From positions 131,316,001 to 131,380,000 of the forward strand of contig NC_091291.1 in the NCBI RefSeq assembly GCF_032444005.1: a stretch of 64,000 nt of DNA, read 5' to 3'. The notes below the pieces were generated by a model, which was not told where the DNA came from, searched no databases, and worked only from the letters and a program-made list of their open reading frames with translations. Of the stretch, positions 13,327 through 27,790 are shown one piece after another. A program made the translations under genes and the position numbers. This DNA comes from Ranitomeya imitator (Eukaryota). The number at the start of each line of letters is the position of its first letter. Within the stretch, counting starts at the first letter, position 1.

Positions 13327-13496
13327 TAAATAAATAAATAAAAAAAAAAAAAATCCCATTGACTTTGCATTGGGTTTCGTGTTTCGGTCAATCCCCGACT
13401 TTTCGCCATAATCGGCCGATTTCACTCGACTTTAGAGATAGTCGGGTTTCGCGAAACCCGACTCGACCCTAAAAAAGTAAAAGTCGCTCAACCCTA
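12996..13496. mobile_element. hAT-superfamily MITE (501 bp)
   Basis: TIR TAGGGTTGAGCGA…TCGCTCAACCCTA. Perfect 8-bp TSD GCATGTAC (12988-12995 and 13497-13504). Internal (GA)n tract. Confidence 0.9.
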
Positions 13497-14071
13497 GCAT
13501 GTACTACTAGATAAGTATCCAACCCCTATTATAGGTAGATATCCTGAAGATTGCTGAATAGATGACATTGTAATGGGAAAAAATGGAGTGCGTGGTATGT
13601 TAATGCCTCCCGTCGTCCAGCTCAATGGCTCGATACTCCTTGTTCTAGTTTCCACAATGTTTTTACCAAAAGGAAATAACATTATAGTAATCTTGACCCA
13701 CTAAGCACTTTCCCATGGCTAACAAATGCAAATCAGACAAATAATAGAAGAGCTCTTTGGACTCCCCATTGTACCCTCTAAGCCTGCCATTGTGTATATT
13801 CCCAGCTACGACCTGCAATAACCCGTCTCTCCATCACCACAAGCATTTGTGATGGGGTCCGGTTGTTATTTCGATGTCAGCTGCAGCTAGCGAATAAAAC
13901 CACTCGGAGGTCTTCTCCTCCTTCGTGATTATGACTCAGACACAAGAACTCACAAAGCTCTTCAAACCTCCAACATCGCTCTGAAAAGAGGAACACATCA
14001 ATGATTCCACATTGTAAATCCGACCTGCCCACAAAGCTGACCTGGAGCATAGCCAGAGTCACAGAGGAACT

Positions 14072-14129
14072 CATAAAAAGAACCGGCAGCCATCAACTTC
14101 AATACTGACCCAGAAACACCAAAGGGCAG
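14072..14129 (+). other. apoa4 copy 2 TATA-like element (CATAAAA) and non-coding exon 1
   Basis: AAACACCAAAGGGCAG|GTAAGGAGCAATCT is nearly identical to the copy 1 exon 1 end. The next acceptor is TGCAG|14366. Confidence 0.65.
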
Positions 14130-14421
14130 GTAAGGAGCAATCTTCTCTCCAGGAGTAACACCGTCGAGAACTTATAGATTAAATTAATGTTTAGCTATAA
14201 TTAATAAATCTAATAATCATCTAACAATCACCAGATGATAATGACAATACTTATGGATCGCACTTGTTTTTTAAATTTTTTATTTTTCAGTGATGAGGAA
14301 TGAGTCTTAATTAGGGCTGAGTCTTTTGAGAAAGTCTAACATGATTACTTTTTTTTTTTCTGCAGTCTTAAGTCATTGGAATTTTTTAGAACTTCCGTTG
14401 ACCCATCCTGTGACTCAAAAA

Positions 14422-17400
14422 ATGTTGGCTAAAGTGTCAGTGCTTGTACTAGCCATGAGCATAACAGGTCAGTATATTTACTGGTGGTGCCATGTCAATC
14501 ACAAAGGTAATGGCTGGAATGTCATGGCGAATGTTACCTAGTCTCTCCATCCAACTCCTTTGGGCCACAGTGTTGAGGCCAAGAGAGGACTAGGATACAT
14601 CAGGGTACATACATCTGTCCTGGTGATCAGTGGGGGTACCTGCAACCTACACACCAAGCTAACAATTATCAGTTATTCAGTAAATAAGTGATCATTTTTG
14701 TAGACTGGATTAACCCTTTAAGATTGTAATGTTGCAGTGCTAAATCACAATTGAACTCCTTGTATTCCCTCCCTCTACAAACCTACCTATATCTGATATT
14801 TACATTTCTGTGTGTTGCGACCATAACTCCTAAACAGCAAGCACGATGTTTTGGGATTATATACATCCGCCCATTCGCTTGCTTGTGTCACCTCCTCCTC
14901 AAACATATCTTCAGAACCATTGTTTCCTTTCCTTTGAAACTACAAAAACTCTTACCGTTGCTCTGATTCATTCTCGTCTAGACTACTGTAACGCTCTACT
15001 AATGGGTCTTCCCCTTACTAAATTCTCCCCTGTCCAATTTATTCAGAATGTAGCAACCAAGATCGTATTTCTGTCCAACCGCTACACCGATGCCTCCACC
15101 ATGTGCCAGTCATTGCACTGGTTAACCATCTGCTGCAGAGTACAATATAAACTTATCTCTCTCACCCACTAGTTTCTCCACAGTTCTAGATCACCATACA
15201 TCTCATCCTCATCTCGGTCTACCACCATACCCATGCTGTCCACAGTGCTTTTCCTTAAATTTCCTCCCTCTCTGTCTACTACTCTACTCATACTCTACAC
15301 AGTTCTGCACCACCCTACATCTCATCCTGATCTATGTCTACCACCATTCCCATGCCCTCCACAGTGCCCTTCCCTAAATTTCCTCCTTCTCTGTCTACTA
15401 CTCTACTCATACTCTACACAGTTCTGCACCACCCTACATCTCATCCTGATCTATGTCTACCACCATTCCCATGCCCTCCACAGTGCCCTTCCCTAAATTT
15501 CCTCCTTCTCTGTCTACTACTCTACCCATACTCTACACAGTTCTGCACAATCCTACACCTCATCCTGATCTATGTCTACCACCATTCCCATGTTTTCCAC
15601 AGTGCCCTTCCCTAAATTTCCTCCCTGTCTACTACTCTACCCATACTCTACACAGTTCTGCACCACCCTACATCTCATCCTCATCTATGTCTACCACCGT
15701 TCCCATGCTCTCCCCAGTGCTCTTCCCTAAATGTTCACCCTCATCTCTGTCTACTACCCTACCCATACTATACACAGTTCTTCACCACTATATGTGTCTT
15801 CAGTCATCTCCGACTACCATCCTACCTGTGCTATTCATTTTGAAAATTATCTAGGACTAAAACCATCCACAATCCGAACCTCCCACTTCTGTCTCCAAGT
15901 CCTTTCTTGTGCTGCGCCAGGTCTCTGGAATACTTTACCCTGGACAGTCTGGTTAATTCCCAGCATCCACAGTTCCCTAAAAACACATTTCTCCAGACTG
16001 TCCAATGACGTTACTAATCTAACTGTTCATATGTTCCTCATAATCTGGTTTCTCCTAACATCTGTTTCCTCACCTTCTTTGCCATCAGTAACACTTTGCA
16101 TCTGGACTTATACAATTACTGGCTTGTGACCGGCTCATGCATCTTTACTTAAATACCTCTGTCTGGCTGGACCATTTCTCAGGACCCTCACTCTTGTTTA
16201 ATTTGTAGAATTTTTTAAAATACTTGGTAATGTCTGAACTTGTCTGTCCAAGACCCCTCTCAATTGTAAAGTGCTGTGGACATTGATGACCTATTCAGAC
16301 CATTAGTCATCAATGTCAAAGCATTTATTGGTTAAATCATCTAATCAGTGGTCTTCCAACACTTCCTCTTGCACGATTAGTTTCTGACCGATACTTTGGC
16401 ATTGTCCAAAACCAACTAAGCAAAATTGCATCACATTATGTGTCCATTTGGCAGGTTCATACATTTATTTGGGGTTTTTATGTGTTCTTTTCTTTTTTAG
16501 GATATCAAGCTAAGGTCCCCAGTGACCAGATAAGTGAATTTTTCTGGAATTACCTCTCACGGCTTGCCGGTGGTACTACAGAAAAGGTTCAACAATCGGA
16601 CTTCAGTAAACAGCTTAAGTAAGTGGACATTAAAAGACAGAACCCCCCCTAAGACAAATAATTCATGCATCATAGACTAGGGATAGATGGACTTTTGTGA
16701 TATAGAAGTTATTTCTTTTTTTTGGCGTAGGAGTTGGATATAAACACATAATGTGGTTGCCTCGTAATGGTTGTATTAATTTTATCCTCCAAACTCCAAA
16801 CTGGAGAGAAAAAGTATAAAAGAAGAATGAATTATAAGTAGTAAAGAAGTGTTGCGCACCCCTCTGCACCCCCGCAGCACCAGAGCTGATGATATCTGGT
16901 CTATTCAGCCACCTGGGGTAATGGATTGACTGCAGAATAATGTGACAGATTGACCAGACATCATTACTTCAGGTGGGGTGATGTCCCGTCCATCATTCAC
17001 CTAACCCTGCAGCCAATCAGACACCTTACGATAGGTTCATATAGCATTTTTTCCTACATTGATTGGCCCAATTGGGGCTTATGTCCAAACCCCCTAAAAC
17101 GGGATTCTATGTTTTTTATGCCTGCCTCCAATAGGCATATACGGACAAAACTGATGCCTGACCGAGCATACGGTGACTCCGTCTGCATCATTATAGTTAA
17201 TAGCTTTGTCCGCGAGTCCCATTTTGCAGGGTGGGGGGTTCGGACATAAGCCGCCAACAAGGCCACTCAACATACAGTAGGAAAAAATGCTATGTGAACC
17301 CAGCCTTGACAATCAGACTGAATGGACAGTTAGTCATCAGTTGGAGACCACATTAGCAGCAACGCTGGAAAAACGGGCGCTCGGAGGAGCAGCTAAAATG

Positions 17401-19201
17401 TCTTTATTTTATAAAGCTATGAATAACATTGTGAATTCCTGAGATTCCTATAATATTGAGCTTTTCATAAAAATATTCAGGCCGCAGATGTCCTCAAAAC
17501 AAAGTACAAGCCAACCGCAGATGCCCCCGATGCAGTGCACCAGCCATGAGCACATCTTACAAAAGTGTATCAGTCACAGTTTCCCCTAAGATGTCGCATT
17601 CGATAGGGGCTGCACAGCGACTTTGACCGTAAAATAATACAACATTGGTCGACAACTTACAGCTAAAGATAGTGAATCAGGTCGTGTTGAAATCCAGTAG
17701 ATTTGGATTTTTGTTGGCCGACGTCAAGGTTGAGTCAGCTTGGGTTTTGTAACTTGACCATGTTCTCCATCGTTAGATGCAACTTAGGAGATCAAAGTTA
17801 CTATCTTAATGATGGAATGTCAACGTCAAAGGACAATTACATATCATAATCTGGGGTGGATGCAAAACCCCTGTGCAGGGGCAACATGTTGGCCCATTGC
17901 TTTCCAAATACTCTCATTTGATGAGCATGAAATGCTAGTGTTGCACCCCCAAAAACTGTGAGCAATAGATGGAAATCATTACCATAATTCCGAATGTGCA
18001 ATATAGTAGACATTGAGTTTAATTTTTCTTCTCTGGTAAAAATGGGCCCCCTTACAAGCAAGGACCATATGTGATTGCTCAGGTTGCAATTAGTTTATGT
18101 CCTCTCCAGAACTTAAAGGAACCGAGTGGGATTGTGTACCCTTTAGAGCCTTAGGTCCCTACTATATGGCCAAACATCACAATATTGACGCTGACACTAT
18201 AATGCGTATAGGGGCCTCCACCTTCACCAATATGATGGTTTCTGGAGTTATCCTGATTGATTCTTTTCTTCCACAGTGCTCTCATTGAAGAAAACCTGAA
18301 GAGTGTAAACAATTTGGATGATGAATTTGTGGGTCAGCTGGTTCCTTTGGCCAAGCAAATCCATGAACAACTGATGAAAGACTCTCAAACCCTGAGAGAA
18401 CAGGTTAGACAAGAGATGGAGAAGTTGGCGGTCAAGTTGTCTCCATATACGGATGAGGTGCAAAAACAGGTGAACAGGAATGCAGAGGAGCTCCAGGTCA
18501 AATTGGCTCCACATGCCAAGGCGTTTCAAGCCCAATTAGATGAAAGCACCCAGGTTCTCAGTGAGCAGCTGAAATCTATATGGAAGAACCTAGAGATGAC
18601 CATCAAAGACAATGCTGACCATTGGCAGGCGTCAGTGGTCCCATACTCCCAGGAACTGAAAAGTGTAATAGATGGCAACATGGAGCAGCTGGAGAAACAG
18701 CTCAAACTCATCAACAATCACATAAAAAGTAATATTGATGAGCAAATGGAAGAGTTGTATAAAAGCCTCATACCCTACGCAGAAGACGTGAAGGATGAGC
18801 TTCACAAACAGATCGAGAACATAGACTTTCAGATGAAGAAAAATGCTGAGCAGATGGAGAGCAAAGTCTTGGACTTTACTGGGAAACTACGAGACCAACT
18901 TTACCCCTATGCCAATGAGCTAAGAACCAAGTTAAATAGTAATACATCAAATGCCAAACAGACGATGGAGACATATCTCACGCAGATGAACCAGCAGATG
19001 GACCACAAGATTGGAGAGTTTAGGGAGACGATAACGCCCTTTGCAGATGCCCTCAACAAGGCTCTAATAAAGAGAGTGAAAGACATGAAGAAGAAACTTG
19101 GAGAATACACAGTGAGCATGCAGGATCAGATGGAGTACTTGGAGAAAGACGTTCGAGACAAGATCCGAGACTTCATCACCCAAGGGGATCCAGAAAACTA
19201 A
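14422..19201 (+). CDS. apoa4: Apolipoprotein A-IV-like, copy 2; join(14422..14467,16501..16618,18277..19201), 362 aa
   Basis: MLAKVSVLVLAMSITG | YQAKVPSDQISEFFWNYLSRLAGGTTEKVQQSDFSKQL | last exon colinear without gaps with copy 1 (DFQMKKN, QLYPYANELRTKL, DMKKKLGEYTVS). Canonical splice sites in phases 1 and 2. AATAAA at 19325. Confidence 0.92.
14760..16140 (+). mobile_element. Degraded L2/CR1-clade LINE 3' fragment in apoa4 copy 2 intron 2
   Basis: Translation LIHSRLDYCNALLMGLP…LHWLTICCRVQYKL is typical of the C-terminal RT region of L2 elements. Frameshifted and interrupted. Confidence 0.7.
15195..15790. repeat. ~119-bp tandem repeat (about 5 copies) inside the L2 fragment
   Basis: CATCTCATCCTGATCTATGTCTACCACCATTCCCATGCCCTCCACAGTGCCCTTCCCTAAATTTCC… recurs every 119 bp. 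Confidence 0.85.
17033..17305. mobile_element. PIF/Harbinger-like MITE, left end eroded
   Basis: Inverted arms GGTTCATATAGCATTTTTTCCTAC / GTAGGAAAAAATGCTATGTGAACCCAGCC with internal symmetry. Confidence 0.55.
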
Positions 19202-19494
19202 GATTAGAATGTAAGATTTATGGTTAAAGAGTGAAGACAGATAGTGAAACGCAAACTTGTATCATAATTTCTAGAAATATATATGTGAATAGATGTAAAT
19301 GTAAAAGAAATACAAATAGCAGTCAATAAACACTGAGATTGAAACGATTGCACGTTGCATGTAGTGTTTTCATATGCCGCGTCCAAAAACCTAAAGGTGT
19401 TATCTAGCCAGAATAAAATAATTAGGGGGACCATGGATGGGGTACAAATAACTCTAACTCGCATACTCATGTACTGTCCAACCGTGGAAAATCA

Positions 19495-20975
19495 AGTGAA
19501 ACCCATAGGGGAAGCTCTTCCTGTAGATGAAACTATAAGAAGGCTCCTCCTGCAGATAGGGATTGAGTGGGAAGCTTCTCCTGCAGATAGGACCATAGGG
19601 GAAGGCTTCTCATGCGGACAGGGCCATAGGCGAGGCTCCTCCTGTAGATAGGGCCAAGAGGACGCTCCTTCTGCAGATAGGGCCATAGGAGGTTTCTCCG
19701 TCAGATAGGACCATAGAGGGAGATTCCTACTGCTGATAGGGCCATAGGGAGAGGCTACTTCTGCAGATATATCCATAGGGAGAGCCTCTTCCTGCAGAAA
19801 GTGTCACGGGGAGAAGCTCTTCTTGCAGATAGGGCCATGGGGAGAGGTTCCTCCTGCAGTTAGGGCCATAGGAGGATCCTCCTGTAGATATGGCCAAGAG
19901 GAGGTTCCTCCTGCAGATAGAGTTATAAGGTGAGCTTAGTCCTGCAGATAGGGCCATAGGTTGAGACTCTTCCTGCAGACAAGGCCTTAGAGTAAGACTT
20001 CTCCAACAGATAGGGTTATAGGGAGAGGCTCCTTCTATAGATAGGGACATAGAGGGAGGCTCCTCTTGTAGATAGGGCCATAGAGGGAAGCTAGTTTTGT
20101 AGATAGGGCCATAAGGGGAAGCTCCATCTGCAGATAGGGCCATAGAAAAAGGTTTATCCTGTAGATAAGGCCATAGGGGAAGCGGTTCCTACAGATAGGG
20201 CCATAGGGGAGGCTCCACCTGCAGATAGGACCATACAGTGACTCTCCTCCTGCAGATAGGGCCATATTGAGAGGTTCCCCTGCAGAAAGAGCCATATGGA
20301 GAGGCTCTTTCTGCAGATGGGGCCATAGGGAGAGGCACTTTCTGCAGATGGGGCCATAGGGAGAGGCTCTTTCTGCAGAAAGTATCATGAGGAGAAGATG
20401 CTCTTGCATATAGGGCCATGGGGAGATGCGCATCCTGCATATAAGGCCATAGGGGAGGCTCCTCCTGCAAATAGAGTCATAGTGGGAGGGGAGGCTCCTC
20501 CTGCAGATAAGGCCATAGAGGGAGGCTCCTCCTGTAGGCATAGAGACAGGCTCTTCTTCCAGATAGGGCCGTAGGGGAGGCTCATCCTTTAGATAGTGCC
20601 AGAGGGAGAAGCTCATTCTGAGAAAGTGGCAATAGAAGCAGGCTCCTCTTGCATATAGGGCCATAAAGGGAGGCTCCTACTGCAGATAGGGCCATAGAGG
20701 TAAGCTCCTCCTATAGACAAGACCTTAGAGGTAAGCTCCTCCTATAGATAGGACCTTAGAGGTAGGTTCCTCCTGTAGAAAGGGCCATATAGGGAGTCTC
20801 CTCCTGCAGACAGGACCATAGGGGAGACTCCTCCTGTAGGTAGCGCCAGAGGGAGAGGCTCCTGCTCCTCCTATAGATAGCGCCAGAGGGAGAGGCTTGT
20901 CCTGCAGATAGGATCATAGAGTGAGGTGCTTCCTGCAGACAGGGCAATAGGAGGAGGCTTCTCCTGCAGACAGGT
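19495..20975. repeat. Degenerate ~31-33-bp minisatellite downstream of apoa4 copy 2
   Basis: Unit approximately CTCCTCCTGCAGATAGGGCCATAGGGGAGG, with many PstI-like CTGCAG cores. Confidence 0.9.
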
Positions 20976-21553
20976 CTTGTAATAGTAAATATATGGTGGA
21001 GCCAGGACCTCCTGTATTTTCAGGATTCGATCATTATGACTAAATTCTGTATAAACTAATGAACATCAGCAGATATTTATAGTAGAGTAGCGTCACCTGA
21101 TGTTATAGTATAGGAAGAGCAGGGATATGAAACTGAGCGGCACATCCATCCACAAGGTGTAAAAATTAGTTCATGCTTTATTAAAGATCCATAAAAAAAT
21201 GGAACCCAAAAAGTATATATAAAAACCTGACGCGTTTCTGCCTGGAATCTAAGCGCCTGTAGATTGTGCATGTTTGTAACTCTTCCATGTATTGGTATAT
21301 ACCATGTATGTGTGCCACAGTGTGTATATATGTATGTAAGTATGAGTATATAAAACCATTGACACATCCACGATGGTGCATAGGCCCACGGCAACAGATT
21401 GATACGGACTGTTATGGACGATCCAGCTGTGAAAAGGAGGATAATGTTTGAGTTTATTTTCGTAAGTTGCCAAAATAAAGACATTTCAGTTGAACTAACC
21501 TGGGTCACTGCCTCTTTACCGCATGGACGTGAAAGCCACTGATTTACAATATA

Positions 21554-23093
<1,540 letters not shown>

Positions 23094-23215
23094 TATACTA
23101 TGTATGTGAATCACAGTGAGTGTATATGTGTATAAGTATGGCTATATACTATATATGTGTGTCACAGTGTGTATGTACAGTATAGTGTATAAGTATGGCA
23201 GGTATACACTATGTA

Positions 23216-24827
23216 CAGGTCCTTCTCAAAAAATTAGCATATAGTGTTAAATTTCATTATTTACCATAATGTAATGATTACAATTAAACTTTCATATATT
23301 ATAGATTCATTATCCAGCAACTGAAATTTGTCAGGTCTTTTATTGTTTTAATACTGATGATTTTGGCATACAACTCCTGATAACCCAAAAAACCTGTCTC
23401 AATAAATTAGCATATTTCACCCATCCAATCAAATAAAAGTGTTTTTTAATAACAAACAAAAAAACCATCAAATAATAATGTTCAGTTATGCACTCAATAC
23501 TTGGTCGGGAATCCTTTGGCAGAAATGACTGCTTCAATGCGGCGTGGCATGGAGGCAATCAGCCTGTGACACTGCTGAGATGTTATGGAGGCCCAGGATG
23601 CTTCAATAGCGGCCTTAAGCTCATCCAGAGTGTTGGGTCTTGCGTCTCTCAACTTTCTCTTCACAATATCCCACAGATTCTCTATGGGGTTCAGGTCAGG
23701 AGAGTTGGCAGGCCAATTGAGCACAGCAATACCATGGTCAGTAAACCATTTACCAGTGGTTTTGGCACTGTGAGCAGGTGCCAGGTCGTGCTGAAAAATG
23801 AAATCTTCATCTCCATAAAGCATTTCAGCCGATGGAAGCATGAAGTGCTCCAAAATCTCCTGATAGCTAGCTGCATTGACCCTGCCCTTGATGAAACACA
23901 GTGGACCAACACCAGCAGCTGACATGGCGCCCCACACCATCACTGACTGTGGGTACTTGACACTGGACTTCAGGCATTTTGGCATTTCCTTCTCCCCAGT
24001 CTTCCTCCAGACTCTGGCACCTTGATTTCCGAATGACATGCAAAATTTGCTTTCATCAGAAAAAAGTACTTGGGACCACTTAGCAACAGTCCAGTGCTGC
24101 TTCTCTGTAGCCCAGGTCAGGCGCCTCTGCCGCTGTTTATGGTTCAAAAGTGGCTTTACCTGGGGAATGCGGCACCTGTAGCCCATTTCCTGCACACGCC
24201 TGTGCACGGTGGCTCTGGATGTTTCCACACCAGACTCAGTCCACTGCTTCCTCAGGTTCCCCAAGGTCTGGAATCGGTCCTTCTCCACAATCTTCCTCAG
24301 GGTCCGGTCTCCTCTTCTCGTTGTACAGCGTTTTCTGCCACATTGTTTCCTTCCAACAGACTTACCATTGAGGTGCCTTGATACAGCACTCTGGGAACAG
24401 CCTATTTGTTGAGAAATTTCTTTCTGGGTCTTACCCTCTTGCTTGAGGGTGTCAATGATGGCCTTCTTGACATCTGTCAGGTCGCTAGTCTTACCCATGA
24501 TGGGGGTTTTGAGTAATGAACCAGGCAGGGAGTTTATAAAAGCCTCAGGTATCTTTTGCATGTGTTTAGAGTTAATTAGTTGATTCAGAAGATTAGGGTA
24601 ATAGGTCGTTTAGAGAACCTTTTCTTGATATGCTAATTTATTGAGACAGGTTTTTTGGGTTATCAGGAGTTGTATGCCAAAATCATCAGTATTAAAACAA
24701 TAAAAGACCTGACAAATTTCAGTTGGTGGATAATGAATCTATAATATATGAAAGTTTAATTGTAATCATTACATTATGGTAAATAATTAAATTTAACACT
24801 ATATGCTAATTTTTTGAGAAGGACCTG
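23216..24827 (-). mobile_element. Tc1-family IR/DR transposon, full length (1612 bp)
   Basis: TA target duplication. 200-bp TIRs (23216-23415, 24628-24827) with 2 mismatches by hand comparison, and inner/outer direct repeats (TCTCAA[A/T]AAATTAGCATAT). Confidence 0.96.
23494..24498 (-). CDS. Tc1 DD34E transposase, intact, 334 aa
   Basis: MGKTSDLTDVKKAIIDTL… with a paired-like HTH. Catalytic motifs FSDESKF, FQHDLAPAH and NPIENLW with 34 residues between the second D and E. Ends in KGFPTKY*. Confidence 0.95.
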   Translation of the reverse strand: MGKTSDLTDVKKAIIDTLKQEGKTQKEISQQIGCSQSAVSRHLNGKSVGRKQCGRKRCTTRRGDRTLRKIVEKDRFQTLGNLRKQWTESGVETSRATVHRRVQEMGYRCRIPQVKPLLNHKQRQRRLTWATEKQHWTVAKWSQVLFSDESKFCMSFGNQGARVWRKTGEKEMPKCLKSSVKYPQSVMVWGAMSAAGVGPLCFIKGRVNAASYQEILEHFMLPSAEMLYGDEDFIFQHDLAPAHSAKTTGKWFTDHGIAVLNWPANSPDLNPIENLWDIVKRKLRDARPNTLDELKAAIEASWASITSQQCHRLIASMPRRIEAVISAKGFPTKY

Positions 24828-26959
24828 TATGTGGATCACAGTGAGTGTATATGTGTATAAGTATGGCTATATACTATATATGTGTGTCACAGTGTGTATG
24901 TACAGTATAGTATATAAGTATGGCATGTATACACTATGTACTATATATGTGTGTCACAGTGTGTATGTGCGGTATGGTATATGTAAGTATGGCGGGTATA
25001 CACTATGTACGTGGTCAGATTTTTACTTTTCTACATGAAGTTTTGGGGATTTTTTTGTCCCTCTGCTTCTGGATAGAGGCATTATAGAGAAGTAGACTTT
25101 CTGTTCAGGGCAGACATAAAGTAATGAAAAGTTCCAGCTCCTATAGTGCTGGCAGAATAGTGGTGCAATAATCTACAAACTTTAAGAGAAGGGATGTCAA
25201 CCCACAGGGCCTGAAATTGGTGACAGTTCCTGCATTGAATTGAAATATGCACCAATAACAGTTTAACTCATTGTCGGAGCCCGTACATTTTGATTTATGA
25301 TACTTTAGAAAAACCTTTGCTCCATTCTAAAATAAAGACTTATCATTCACCTTTTTTGATCTGTGTTACTATGTCCAGACTGTAGGGGGCAGACATGTAT
25401 AACCGGTCACTACGCGGCCGATTCCATTTATGCTGCAAAATATTGTCCCGGTGATGAGGACGGGTAATGATGCAAATCATGTAAATGACAAGTTAATAAA
25501 CGCAAATGTTTATTGTAAAACTATTGTAAAAGATAAATAAATGCATTTCTGGATATTCCGCAGACTGTGAAATGCTGAAATTAATCATGTACGTCATTGC
25601 TTTATAGATTCGCGTAGAACGATTGAAAACGTCTTTTATTAACACATTTATTAAACTGTCGGCAATTCTAAGTCAGAAAGCCATGTCCTCCGCTCCTGCT
25701 TTATTAAAAAAAAAATGCTATTTTTACCAATAAAATGATGATGACCTGAAATAAAACCAAAAGTGAAAAAGGCGTTTTTTAATGCTCCTTGTTTTTGCGT
25801 CGCAAGCTGACATTTTTTATTGATACAAATTTGGGGCACATGCGATGATTTGATAGTTTTTTTTTTAATTGTAATTTCTTTAGGAAGTTGAGGCGACCAT
25901 TGCCAAAAAGAATGTCATTCTGAAGTTTAATTTTTTTTCTCTTCAAGGCATTTATCACATAGTCAGATGCACCTGCTTAATTAAGAGGTTCACGCTTCTT
26001 AAGGAATTAGTGGCATGTGCCTCCGAGAGCCTCGTCATAAATCTTACTCCAGTGTAGGACTGGAGTAAGATTTCTGGCATAAGGTATGCCACAGTTTGTA
26101 ATGTCCCCATTGTTCCTGCTTTGGCAAAACTGGCCCAAATTGTCTTCAAAGCGGCCAAAGTAGCAACATTTTTGTTTAACCTTGAGTTGCACAACATTTT
26201 TGCAACTTATCATAGTGCTATAAACCAGAATTTTGGTGAAGACACTGTAGAAAAGTCACTGTCACTGCAGGTCTTGATTAGATGCACCTACGGTAACTTG
26301 CTTTGTGTCAGTCTGCTGGATGGAGCAGAGTCGAGGGTGCTGAAGCTGGTGAGTGACCAGCCAAAATGTGAGCTGTAGCTAGGAAAGGGACACGCCAGAA
26401 TCTCGCTCTGAATGGAGACTGCATGGGTCAGCTAGGAAAGCTGAGCAGTCTGTGTGTTGGAGCTGCAGAGTGTTCATTGTGAACTGTGTATGGAGTTGAA
26501 CACTTCTGTTTGGTGCTGGATCTCAGGGTGGAGGAGATACTGAGACTAGAAGGAGCGTACCACTTCTGTGTATGAAGTTTTCTCCAAGAGAAAGGGCTGT
26601 AATCTGGTCGGGTGAGCCCGCACTGTCATTTCTGTGCCTGATCAATGAACTGTTTATTCGCTGTGATACCTTTGTGCCCAGAAAAGGCTTTTTTTTTTTT
26701 TTTTTTTTAATCTCTTGGAATTTTATGAAAGCAATGAAACTGCACATGTTTGGACCAAACCGCACACTGCCTGTGTGAACACTACCTTATGCTTACCTGA
26801 GAGCGTGAATCCCTACAATACTTTTATGAATCTGTGCCAAAAATGATGATTTTTTGTTTGCATAAATTATGCCTATTTATTCAGTTTTCCATAGGAGCCT
26901 TGTGAGACGCCTCGTACCTGCCGGCATCCACGGCTCCTCTTATCATTAGCCAGCATGGC

Positions 26960-27519
26960 TGTCATGATCCAGACCGGGTTTTGGGTCTTGTCTCTCCTTT
27001 CCCGGTCTGGTCATGTCTGGGGTTAACTTTCTCTGCCTCATTCCGGTGTTGGGTCTGCTATTTCTCTGCGCTGCATCCTGCAGGCAATGTGTTATATTTC
27101 CTGCCTACGGCGTGTGTAGCTGGCTCTGGTGAAACCCTGATTTGTCCCGCTGCGTTTGGCTGGCTTTGCCGTGTCTGTTCTTTCCTCTCTTCCCACCCCG
27201 ACTTTGTGTGTCACTGTGTATTTGGACTCCACCTTAATCGACTCAGCTTTCGTTCTGACCTGATTCTGCCTCTCCCTTCTGGTACTTCTGCTGCGGACTG
27301 GTACTGACCTTTTGGCACTGCTCTGACTCTGTGTTTGGCATTTCCCTTGGTACTTCGTTACTCTCTGGCATCGACCCGGCTTGTCTGACTATTCTGCTGC
27401 CACCTGGTGGTAGCCTCGCTGCAGTTCTGCTTATCTGCTCTGAGCAGGATTTAAGCCCCCTCTCCACTCTGCTGCCATCTAGTGGAGTTTGCATTTTCCT
27501 GCAATGTGTCAGCGTGACA
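26960..27519 (+). mobile_element. Solo-LTR-like element (560 bp)
   Basis: Termini TGTCATG…CGTGACA with a perfect 5-bp TSD ATGGC (26955-26959, 27520-27524) and no ORF. Confidence 0.75.
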
Positions 27520-27569
27520 ATGGCGTTACATAGTGTGCGCCGGAACAACGATGAAGAGAAAGCTCCAGG

Positions 27570-27790
27570 GACATAAAAATCTTCTTTATTGGTACATGTT
27601 AAAATTCCAAATGACGCCGATATCGGATTAAAACAATACAAGACACCAACGCATTTCTGGTGCGTCAAGCGCCTTTAGTCATAGTGCCAGAAACGCGTCT
27701 GTTTTTATTGTTCTAAGTCTTTGCTTTTTCTTCAATCAACTTTGTAATGAATTTCGGTTCTGGATACCTGAACTTTGCTTCGTGCCGCGG
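27570..27790. repeat. Probable Penelope-like element remnant with inverted duplication
   Basis: The minus strand reads ATGACTAAAGGCGC…CACCAGAAATGCGTTGG followed by AATAAAGAAG. The plus strand carries a partial inverted CCAGAAACGCGTC. Confidence 0.35.

Noticed and set aside
24499-24561. 21-aa N-terminal extension of the transposase ORF
   Set aside because: Tc1 transposases of this type begin at MGKT. The upstream in-frame stretch is probably 5' UTR.
26300-26815. Possible additional LTR ending …GAATCCCTACA
   Set aside because: No matching 5' terminus or TSD could be identified.
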